A DNA stretch of 64,000 bases from Camelus ferus. Its lineage: Eukaryota. A program made the position numbers and the translations under genes. The stretch spans positions 17,610,001-17,674,000 of the forward strand of contig NC_045697.1 of the NCBI RefSeq assembly GCF_009834535.1, given 5' to 3'. This document shows positions 38,481-48,390 of this stretch, one piece after another. The notes under the pieces are model-generated. The model was given only the letters and a program-made list of their open reading frames with translations. It made no database searches and was not told where the DNA came from. Each line of letters begins with the position of its first letter. Position 1 is the first letter of the stretch.

Positions 38481-38512
38481 GGCCTTCTCCTCCGGGCGCG
38501 GGGCGGCTTCAT
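38477..38512 (-). other. Overlapping upstream ORF MKPPRARRRRP*
   Basis: ATG AAG CCG CCC CGC GCC CGG AGG AGA AGG CCA TGA. The TGA (38479-38477) overlaps the main ATG (38480-38478). Translation is not shown by the sequence. Confidence 0.6.
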
Positions 38513-38742
38513 GGACGCCGCCCTCCTCCTCCGCCGCCGCCGCCGCCTCCTCCTGCCGCACCACCGCGGTCGCAGCCACCTGGGCCCCGCGCGGCCCCGA
38601 GAGGGCCCGGCGCCTCCGAGCCGCCGCACCGCCGCCTCCTGCGGCCGCCCGCGCTGTTGACTCAACGTCAGCCTCCGCGGGAGGAAGGGGAGGAGGAGCC
38701 GCGGCCCGCCCGGGCCACAGCCACCGCCGAGCGGGCCCTGGC

Positions 38743-38908
38743 CCGCCCCGTGCAGCCCGGGACCCTGCACAGTCCCAGGACCCCGCGCAGACCCCGACCC
38801 CTCGCAGCCCCACGACCCCGCGCGGCTCCCTGACCCTGCACAGTCCCGGGACCCCGTGTACCCCGCCCCCTGTGCGCAGCCTGGGACCCCGCGCAGACCC
38901 TGGACCCG
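38743..38908. repeat. Degenerate ~18-bp GC-rich minisatellite (unit ~GACCCCGCGCAGNCCCNG)
   Basis: Units start at 38761, 38779, 38796, 38814, 38832, 38850, 38885 and 38903. GACCCTGCACAGTCCC occurs at both 38761 and 38832. Confidence 0.8.
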
Positions 38909-39819
38909 GCTCTGGGCCTCCTTCGGGGTCATAGGTGGCAGGTAACTTCTGACTACAGGATTACCGCTCTCCCGGTGGGAGGCTGGCTTGGTGGGCACCT
39001 CTTGTGCCCCCCGCAAGAAGCAAATCCCCAAATCCAACCATTCCCTGAACATCAATGCGGCTCCCACCGCTAGAATGCAAGCCCCACTCGGGCAGAGGGT
39101 TGCTTCCTCCTCTGATGAACATTGGGTACAAGGCCTGGCACATAGTAGTTGCTCTACAATTATCTGTTGAACCTATGAGTGAATGAACCGCATGTTGTTA
39201 TATAGTTAACATGATTTTTTAAGCTACTCATATGTATTTCTGTTTATTTCTTAAATTATCAACTGTCATAAATAGACAACAAATGAAAACATTGAAAATA
39301 AAACAGTAATGAATTCTAAATAGAACCAAAGCTCCGAGTGTGATGCTTAGCACGTGTGGAGAGAGGTGTTAAAGACATTGACATCAAACTGAGACGTTCT
39401 TCTAAGAGGATGGACTGAAAGAGAATTACAGAGGGCAGGGGACTCTTCACTCGAGTCCATACTATTCAAGGTGGTTTTCCCACGTCACCTAAAATCCTGT
39501 CCTGAACCAACACCAGTAGTGAGCTTTCCGTACTTGCAGAAACACTTCCTGTGGAGATGAGCAGGTAGACTGAGAGGTTCTGAACCCATTTTACAGTTGT
39601 GAAAGCCATCATTTATTTAATGTTTCAGCGCCTGTTAATCTTGGATCAACCCTGCAAGATGGATGTTATGTCCATTTGTCAGGAAAAGTGGAGAAACAGT
39701 GTCTCAACTAGGACTTCTAGCTCCCAGAGACCCTCTTCAGCATCTTGGAAACCTGAAAATGAAGTATCACCCCTGGGAGATGGAAATACTGCATTCTGTT
39801 CTTGGCCTTGTTTTGTTGG

Positions 39820-40280
39820 CGTGGAAGATTGTTTGCAGAATGGTATCAATAATCCCCTGCCTGTTTCCCAGCCTCTGTCTGTAACTTTGACTCCAAGCTT
39901 AGCCGTGTGACTTGCTCTGGCTAATGCAGTGTTTGCAAATGTGCAAAACCAAAAGGCTTGTAAAGGACCTGTGAAGTAAGGCTTATCCTTGCTTATGCCC
40001 TTAGGAACCTGTGATCATCGCCACAGAAATAAGCCCAGAATATCTTGCTGAATGATGCAGGACTAAAGGCCACCAACCAGCCAGCTGCCACATATGCGAG
40101 TGAAGCCATTGACCCCCAGCTGCCACAGATGCCTGCATGAGCCCAGCTGAATTCAGCAGAAGAACTACCCGGCTGAACCTTGCCCAGTGTGCTGACCTGC
40201 AGATCATGGGCTAAACAAACCATTGTTTTAAGCCACTGAGGTTTGGTGTGGTTTGCTATGTATCAACAGATAACTGATAT
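39820..40280 (+). mobile_element. MLT1F/G-like LTR
   Basis: GTGTGACTTGCTCTGGCTAATG...CAGCAGAAGAACTACCCGGCTGAACC...TTGTTTTAAGCCACTGAGGTTTGG...GATAACTGATATA. Confidence 0.8.
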
Positions 40281-41174
40281 AAATGGTTTCACCACTGCTA
40301 AGGAGCCTGGATGGCCGGAACTCTCCCTGGCAGCCCTGGCACCATGACCTGTTGGGTCCTCATCTAAAGAGGATTCTACAGCAGATTCTGGAGGGCCAGG
40401 GGCTATGAGAAGGAGACAGTAGGCAGCACTTTGATTCAGTGTCTATTGCCTACAAATTCCGTACCCATTCTGGACACATTCAACAACATTGCAGACCACG
40501 GTCCCTGTACTGGAAGGTTTGCAAGCCTTACCATCCAAGTTTTGCAAACAAATGCTCTAGGGAACAAGAGAAAACAAAGGGGCTACAATACAGCTAAGGC
40601 TTCTGGTCTTCTGACCACTTGGGCCACCTACTCCATTCTTAGTAATCCAAAAGGGTGGAAAGAAGGCCATCCCTGAACTGAATGTCTAGGGTTAACTCAG
40701 CACCAAACACTTGTTCCTAACGGCCCGATCGATGTCTCATGCTAGGAAGAAAGGTACTGTCTGCCAATATATTGCCCTCTGGCAAACCATCTGGTTTTGT
40801 TCCAACTTGTCAATGAAATAGACTGTAGGCTAATAGAGTGGGCATAACTTAGTCCATCTGCCTTCCTGCGACTCCTGGTCTGCGCCTTGCTCTCAGCTAG
40901 CATTCAGGTGGGAAAGCAGCCGGCCCCTTTCCGATAGCACATTTAGCTGAGGCTTTCAAGTACTGCTGCAGCTTTGGCGCCTTCGCTGGTATTTCAGGCA
41001 GTACGACCATCAGCACACAAGCTGTTGGGAGCCAAGGAATCTTCATATTAGAGATCATGTACCTTTAAGACAACTCTCTGTATGACTCTATTGCTCCTAT
41101 TTGCTTTTCTTCTCTGAAGTCAGCCAGTTATTAAGGTGTTTAAAAATAAAACTGGGGAGGAAAATCAAAGAGTG

Positions 41175-41340
41175 GCAAGCCTCTACCCTCCTCACCACGT
41201 GGAGAAACTTTCAACTCAGTTGAAACGGCATCTCCAGTTGCCTGGGTTTCCCTTAGAGGTTTCATGCCCCGAGTGCCAGCTCGAACCTGCTTAGCTCGTG
41301 AGATGTGATGAAATCACAAACCAAGGCAATGTAGCTGGGA
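41175..41340 (-). mobile_element. AmnSINE1-like fragment (5S rRNA-derived head)
   Basis: Minus strand reads TGTGATTTCATCACATCTCACGAGCTAAGCAGGTTCGAGC...GAAACCTCTAAGGGAAACCCAGG. It includes the 5S A-box AGCTAAGCAGG and resembles the recalled AmnSINE1 5' end more than 5S rRNA itself. Confidence 0.72.
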
Positions 41341-44300
41341 GCAATTCTTTTTTATCTCTTTTCATTTATGTAGCCTGACATTGAGTAATAATAATAATTA
41401 AATGCAGTTTAAGCTTTCAGGCACCTATACCAGAAGGCCTTCAGACACCACGTCAACAGCAACCCGGGCTGACAAATACAAAGCTAATTATATTGTGGTT
41501 AACTTTTTTCAAAGAAAAAACTAAAACCACTCATCGACTGTCCTCACCAGTGATCAAAGCAGTACATTAAAAGTTCCATCGCACAGTCCATTTGCACGGG
41601 ATCCATTCAAAACCCGGTGCCCTCATCTGAAATTTGCCACCCTGGCACTAAGTATTGACCCATTGTCTTTTTAGCCTCTATTTTTCACATCCCCTTAACT
41701 CTGAAAAATCTCTAGGGACCCAATTTTTCCATATATTTTCATAGCCCCAGGGCTAGTTCTAGTTATTTATTTATATGCACGTATAGTTAGAAGAAAAGTG
41801 CTTCGATGCTTTTGAGCAATGCTCTAAACTTTCAAAAGTTGGAGAGGGTTTTAGATGTGGAAACTCCAAAATAGCTTAATCTAAGAAATTGAACAGGCAG
41901 ATGCTGATGAAAACAAAACAAAACAAATCTCTGGAGATACTGGGCAAGAAAGGATGACTTGAACTTACTGTTAGAAACCTAGCCTCTCACTGTGGGTTCT
42001 CTACTGACTTGCAAGATGACTTTGGCCAAGTCCCAACAGCCCCAGACATACAGGAAAGCCCTCCAGCTTTTGATACAACTTCTCTAGACAGTATTTTCAG
42101 TTCAGATTCTGGCTGCCCAAGCAAAAATATCAGCGTTCTCATTAAAGGAAACTAAGCAAAATTGCAGTAGATTTTTGGCTTGGCTTTTCTCTGAAATGTA
42201 CAACTGGGGCAATTTTCATGGCCACTCCTATCCCCAGTCATTTTTTTCCTGAATTAGGAAACCCAATCTGACGAGCCTGGGAAGAAAATGATTGTTAATG
42301 ACTGTGGTTATAGGGACAGATACACACACACATACACACAAAATATATATATTAATTAGCTCTATATAAGCCAAGGTCCCCAATTCTTGCTCTTGTCAAG
42401 GGAGGACCATTTAGACAGTAATGCCCATAACCTGGTTGCTAACTGCCTTCCTTTGTTCTTGACTTTACCAGGGGCAGGGGACTGCAGGTCCCAATGCGTA
42501 CTGCAGTCAGGCACCTGCAGAGCCCTGAGACCTGAGGTCCTCTGGGCTATTGGCCTCAATTCTGTAGAACATAAGCCTCCTCTCTTCCCTCTACCTGGGA
42601 TACTCTGCAGAGGGCTTCATCCATCATTTCCCTACCAGGGCCAGCAGTCAGACATGAGACAGACAGACAGGGGATTCTGGCTGGGTCCCTGACTCAGAGC
42701 ATCCTCTGTCTCTTAGCCTCCTGAGCTCCTGGGCCCTTTCTTGGCCCCCACTAAGCCCTCCCTGCCCAGCAGCAAACAATCAGTTGCACGCTGCCCCCGA
42801 CCCCTGGCCCTGCTGGCTGCCAATCAGCCAGGCAGCAGGGGGTGGAAGGAAGTTCCACCCCCTGCTGAATCTCCACCGAGGTGCTCAAAATGACTGAGTG
42901 GGGCTGATAATGGCCTGACAGGCCGGGGACCTGTGGTTACCAACCTGAAGGGACGCAGGCATGGGCGTGATTGACTGGTGCATTGCAGGGACTGGAGGAG
43001 GGGCCGAGGCCGAGGCAGTGGGGCAGCTGCTTTTGCTGATAGAAGGGTTCCCATAAGGGGGACCAAGATGTCAGGAGGAAAAGGCGATGAACTGGAGACT
43101 GAGAGGAAGGAAAGGAGAGACAGAGGGAGATGCGGGACACGGGGCTCCAGATAAGAGGAGAGAAGAGTGGGAAACCTTGGGCACAGGAATGGGTGGGGGT
43201 AAATCCAACCCTGGCCCATGTGAAAAGCAGAGTGAGCCTGTGGTCCAAGGAAAGGGTTAAATGGAAAAGAGATGAAGTCACTCAGCTCTTAGATTATTCA
43301 AATTTGTTGTACTTATTGATAATGTATTTCATTTCTTCTGCGTGGGGGGGATATGATTCAGCACAAACTTGATGTAAATTTATGGAAATGGAAATGCAGA
43401 GAGAGGCTGCAGGCCCGAGGCGCTGGTGGGTGAGCTGCGTGGCCCTCACCCAGGCGGAGGTTACCGCTCTCCGGACTTGGGGAGCTGAAAATAGAAACGT
43501 CTGACTTGGGGGCCACTGGCCTCTCCTACAGGCCAACAGAGGGACTGATCCTGTCGCTCTGCAAGGCTTTTTTTTTCTATAGAAAAGTCTGATGACTGCC
43601 TAAAATAGGATCCCCTACATTGTCCTCTTGTCTGATGCTTGTCTTAGGGTAGGGGGATGATTTTTACCCAGTAGAGATGGGCAGGCTTATTTCAATGAAA
43701 GGGAGAGAAAAAGAAGAGAATTAACATTATCTAGGATCTACTGCGGGCACAGAACTCGCTAGCAAAGCGACAAAAATGTCGTTTTTCCTCTTGTGCAGTA
43801 GAAGAATCATGGAACTGGGGGTGGGGAAGGAACCAAGAAAACAATTTGATAGAGAGGGTGAAAAGGTAGCATTCCACACAAATGGCCGGGGCTGGTCAAA
43901 TATTTATTGCCCCTTGGGCTGTCCTTCGGAGCCCTGGGTGTTTCTTTCTGTCTTCCCCCCTCATACCAGGTCTTGGCATTTATCTAATGATGTGCTTCTC
44001 CCGGTTGGTCACAGCCTCTGCATCCTGGCCATGACTGTGACAGCAAAGAGAACCTTTCACAGTTTGGGAATAGCTTCTCTGAGCCAGGCCTTGCTCTGCA
44101 GCTTCCAATTGCAGTGAGACGGGAGATTCCAGCGACCCAGAGACAAAGCCAGACTGTAGGGTGTTACTGCCCGTTCATTCCCATTAGGAAGATTACTGGC
44201 ACCGGTTCTTACTTTCCACCGAAGCCGCGATTCCTTTCCATGTCCAGACAGAGGTGGGGCCCTGAGCTGCTGTGGCTCACCTGGTCCGGCGGCAGACAGA

Positions 44301-45886
44301 GGTGTTTGCCTGCAGCCCACAGCCATGGTTTGTGGGCATATTTGAGCAAATGTTTCCAAGGATGGCAGTGATCTGCGCTTGTATTATATCTGTGGGGCAG
44401 AAATTGTCAGCCCTTGGTAACACTGATTATAATGCTTTGACCTCATTCAGTCACCAAAGGGCAAATTTCTCTTTGTTCTCTAACAGGAACACAACGTGGC
44501 AAGTAAACATGATTTCTAAAGAGAGACTGTCAACAAGGGTATTTACAAGCTTATCATGACCCTGCTGTTCCACTGAGTAGCTTACCTTTGGGGAAAGAGG
44601 CACGTTTACGCCACTTACGTGCACACATGTGACACAGTTGTTGTCATTTATTAACACTGTTTGTTCCCCTGAGACAGGAAAAAATAATCTTAAGGTGATA
44701 TAAGGTGTTTGAGAAAGATCTCCTTTAACACGCAGGGTCATTCATTCACTCGACAAACATTTCTTGAGCGTGTCCTATATGCTGAGCAAGGCAGTGGGGA
44801 TGACAGTGAGGCTAAGACCTGGTCCTCTGTCATCGAGGCTTTTAGTCTAGTAACTGAGTTCCCCAAGCAGCTGAACACTGCAGAAACACAGAGAGATTGC
44901 CCAGAACCGGGCTCTTCAACTATGAGATGTCATACAGTCAGCCTCTTCAGGAACTGGGAATGAACCATGAAAACTAGATCCATTTGGTACACTTATAATG
45001 GTTAAAATGGCACATTTTGTGTTATATATTTTTTACCATAATAAAAAAGGTTTTTTTTCACCTTGAAAAAATTTAAAAACACAAATAAGAAAAACCAGGG
45101 CCATTTGGAAAGCTGGGAGTGGACAGAAGACGACAAAGACACAGAAAGCTTGAGTTGGCAGGTTTACTCATCAAATCCCAGAACATTTGTAAAAGAAGAA
45201 GCAAGAACTGCTTTCCAAGGTGAAGGAAAGTTGTAATTGGACAAAACGTTTGGAAAGGGAGCAGTGGGTTAAAGCAGTGAGCATGGGAGCTGTGGCTCCC
45301 ATGACCTCTCTGTGACTTAGTGTTCTCAACAATACATGAGCAGATGTGGCCAGGTGACCTTGAAGGTCATGACTCCATGACATTAAGCCGAATGTTACAT
45401 TTGGGTGGAACTCTGTACAAAAGGTTAGTGAGGGTGCTATTAATATCACTAAGTAAGGATTGCAGCACCATAAAGTGTTCCAAAGATGAGGAATCTTAGG
45501 TAGCTGGACCTCTTATTGTACAAGAGAAGAAATAGAGGCACAGAGTGATAAAGCACTGTGCCCAAGGTCACAGAGCCTGTTAGGGACAGAGCTGTGGCCA
45601 GAGTCCAGAACTTCCACTTCCCATGCCCTGGCTCCTTCACAATGCTCTGAGAATATCTGAGATTCATGAAGAGCAGAGTTCTGGTTTTCTATTGCTTGCT
45701 ATGCAACAAACCATAGAAGGTGCTTAATAAACGTGTCTTCACCTCTATCTAAATACCATGCTTCTCTAAACTAACATAAACTAGCATTTATTGAGCACTT
45801 GCCATATGCCAGGCACTTTGCTAAGCACTTGACATGTGTCATCTCATCTGATCTTCACAAAGCTCTGTAATTATCTGTAATTATCC

Positions 45887-46376
45887 CAGACCTGATATTC
45901 AGCAGGTAAAAGCCAGGAAGTCTGGATTGGTTGTTGAAATTGTAAAGTACTTCCGTACAGGCTGATAAATAACAGCTGCTCTGTTCCCCTGGAATGAATC
46001 CCTAACCCTTACACCTCTTCCCCACCGAACATGCCAGCCCAAGAGAGACCCGAGTGGGCACAGCCAAGGAGCCCCCATCATGTCTGAAGCCCTGGGTGCT
46101 TCCCCCTCCTTGGCTCCCGTCCCCATGTGTCCCCCGTTCTGAGCTGACTGCATGCTGAAGGGGCAGACAGGAGGGGTGGACAGTACCTGGCAGTGCTGCT
46201 GGTACTGGTACTGGAACCTCAGTAGATAAGTGCTTGGTGCCAGTCTAGCCATCCAAGACTAGAATGAATTTTTAAGAACTCATGTGCTTGTAGTCACTCT
46301 CCTGTGGCCACTTGTGGGGCTGGCAGCCTCTGCAGGGTGCCTGATGGGCTGTCAAATATTTTGAAGATCACTCCTG
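45887..46376. mobile_element. hAT (MER63-like) element inserted in a MIR
   Basis: Termini CAGACCTGATATTCA and TGAAGATCACTCCTG are imperfect inverted repeats. ATTATC flanks both sides. MIR halves at ~45780-45886 and ~46377-46490. Confidence 0.55.
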
Positions 46377-46489
46377 ATTATCTTCATTTGATAGAAAAGG
46401 AAGCTGCGAATTTTAAATAATTTTTCAATGACTTGACCGAAGTCACATAGCTGGTAAGCGGGGATCCGGGACTAAACCTCTGAGCTCCA

Positions 46490-46905
46490 TGCTCTCTGCT
46501 ATTGTGCTAAGCTGTGATATTAGTGGACCACAGACCGAGTGGTTAGAATGACAGAGATTTGTTGTCTCACAGTCCTGGAGGCTAGAAGTGTGAAGTCAAA
46601 ATGGGCTGTGCTGGTCCTTCCTGAGGGCCACGAGGGAAGGATGTGTTGCAGGCTTCTCTCCCTGGCTTTAGACGGACGTTTTCTCCCTCGGTCTTTCACA
46701 CTGTCTTCCTTCTGTGCCTGTCCGTCTCTGTGTCCCAGATTCTCCTTTTCATAGGACACCAATCATATTGGATTAGGGCCCCACCCTACTCCAGTGTGAC
46801 CCTATCTTAACTAATTACAGCCGTGATGACCCTATTTCCAAATGAAGCCACATTCTGAAGTACTGGGGGTTAGGACTTCAACATATGAATTGGGGGGGGG
46901 GCAAT
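46490..46905 (-). mobile_element. MLT1 solo LTR
   Basis: CTCACAGTCCTGGAGGCTAGAAG...GGACACCAATCATATTGGATTAGGGCCC...GGGGTTAGGACTTCAACATATGAAT. Confidence 0.9.
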
Positions 46906-47194
46906 TTTTTTTCAATGAGACTTCCCCATCTCTGTGTATAACAAAGTTAATTAGGTGTCTACATAGATTATCTGGAGAAAGTATAGGACTAGCTGGAGAA
47001 TGTATAGGTCTACCAGCTGCCCAGTTAATGCTTAACCATTGCCAAGGCCCCCTTTACTTCAATCAGAGATAGTCTGAACTGTTACTGACTTAGCCACATT
47101 TGCCCCTCCAATCCCATGCCATGCAGTCCATATCTTTCTGTTGTGCCCATCCATATTGCTGTCCAGCTGCAGGCCTTGAGATGAGTTGTTCTTT

Positions 47195-47664
47195 TTTTTT
47201 TTAATTCTTATTTTTCAGTGACATGTAGTTGATTCACAATGTCAGCTTCATATGTATAGCAAAGTGATTCAGTTATTCATATACATACATACATACACAT
47301 ATTTTTTCAGTTTCTTTTCCATTATGGCTCATTACAAGAAATTGAATATAGTTCCCTGTGTTATACAGTAGGTCTTTTTTGTTTATGTTATATATAGTAA
47401 TGTGTATCTATTAATCTCAAATTCTTAATCGATCCCTCCCCCCACTTCCCCTTCTGGTAACCACAGTTCGTTGTCTATGTCCGTGAGTCTATTTCTGGTT
47501 TGTAAATAACATTTGTATCTTTTTTTTTTTTTTGATTCTATATACAAGTGACATCATATGATATTTGTCTTTCTCTGACTCACTTCACTTAGTATAATAA
47601 TCTCTAGGTCCATCCGTGTTGCTGCAAATGGCATTATTTCACTCTTTTTTATGTCTGCGTAATA
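47195..47664 (-). mobile_element. Relatively young 5'-truncated L1 3' end with TSD
   Basis: Poly-T tail at left and L1 3'UTR motifs (GTGATTCAGTTAT, AATATAGTTCCCTGTG). TSD TGAGATGAGTTGTTCTTT (47177-47194) vs TGAGATGAGGTGTTCTTT (47665-47682), 17/18. Confidence 0.9.
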
Positions 47665-48277
47665 TGAGATGAGGTGTTCTTTATTCATATTTATTCTTCT
47701 TCATGCTATGTTAGTGTCCTTAGGCTCACTGCTTTTTCTGCAATCAACGTGGGGAGTTGAAGTCAACCTTTGTCCCTTCAGCAGTTCAGTGAACTCAGCA
47801 GCTTGAGAGATCCTGGAACTGCTGTTTACATGTGATGAACCCCTTCTTGGTCTCAAGGAGATACTGAAGACGCCTTTCCCAAGAAGTGCTATTTGGAACT
47901 TTCCTCTCACTGGGAGCTCCCGCTCTATTCTGTGTCCATGAGATGGTCGTCTGGTTTGCTTTCGTACCTTCCATTGAAACAGACCACAACCTTGGTCTCA
48001 GATGCAGTGTCCTCGGACTTGGAAATTCGTTGGACCAAAAATGTCTACAACTGATTTTTCCCCTTAGATTTTCTTTTTTTATTATTGATTTTCCATTTTT
48101 AGCACAAGATTGATCACCAGCAAAATACCAATTTACATACAGATTCTGCTAAACTCAGCATCCTATATACTTGGGACTTTTTCATCCATAAACCAATTGT
48201 TTAAAGAGAGAGATTCTATTATCAGAAGTGTCCCTGACGGCACTCAAGATGGCTTGTAGAGAGCAAACTCACAGCCT

Positions 48278-48390
48278 GGTGGGGTGAGCTCAGCTGATTT
48301 GGGAGCATATTAACTATGAAGCCAAGGTCATAGTTTGATACCCATATGGGCAGGTTCATCTTTTGCTTACTTCTCTGGCCACAAGCCTAA
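48278..48390 (+). mobile_element. Decayed tRNA-Ile-derived SINE head (MamSINE1-like)
   Basis: GAGCTCAGCTGATTTGGGAGCAT...GAAGCCAAGGTCATAGTTTGATACCCATATGGGCAG parallels tRNA-Ile(AAT). A/B boxes and stems are degenerate, so it is not a functional tRNA. Confidence 0.6.

Larger units (their letters stand above)
1..38700 (-). other. CCDC149: CCDC149 transcription unit, 5' part (continues past window start; TSS approximate)
   Basis: Three in-frame exons. Intron 1 is 5705-38432, intron 2 is 3610-5542, and intron 3 runs from 3570 off the window. I found no further exon in 1-3570. Confidence 0.88.
37940..39070. promoter_or_regulatory. CpG island / promoter and 5'UTR of CCDC149
   Basis: Very GC-rich and CpG-dense compared with the CpG-depleted flanks. 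Contains GC-box-like CCGCCCC motifs, a CRE half-site (ACGTCA ~38665-38670), CCAAT at ~38079 and a short (CCG)5 run at ~38531-38547. Confidence 0.92.

Noticed and set aside
38531..38547. CGG repeat in the 5'UTR as an expansion locus
   Set aside because: Only about five pure units, which is ordinary for a CpG-island UTR.
38743..38908. CRISPR-like array
   Set aside because: The units are contiguous and degenerate with no unique spacers, the context is mammalian, and no cas genes are present.
37727..39067. Several 150-237 aa overlapping ORFs on both strands, one with a poly-Arg run
   Set aside because: This is stop-codon depletion in a CpG island, giving low-complexity Pro/Arg/Ala/Gly products. 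Only 38433-38480 is supported by splicing.
41225..41340. Functional 5S rRNA gene
   Set aside because: Too diverged, with a degenerate C-box region and a SINE-like continuation.
48278..48355. Functional tRNA gene
   Set aside because: The stems and B-box are broken (TAGTTTGATAC), and no cloverleaf forms.
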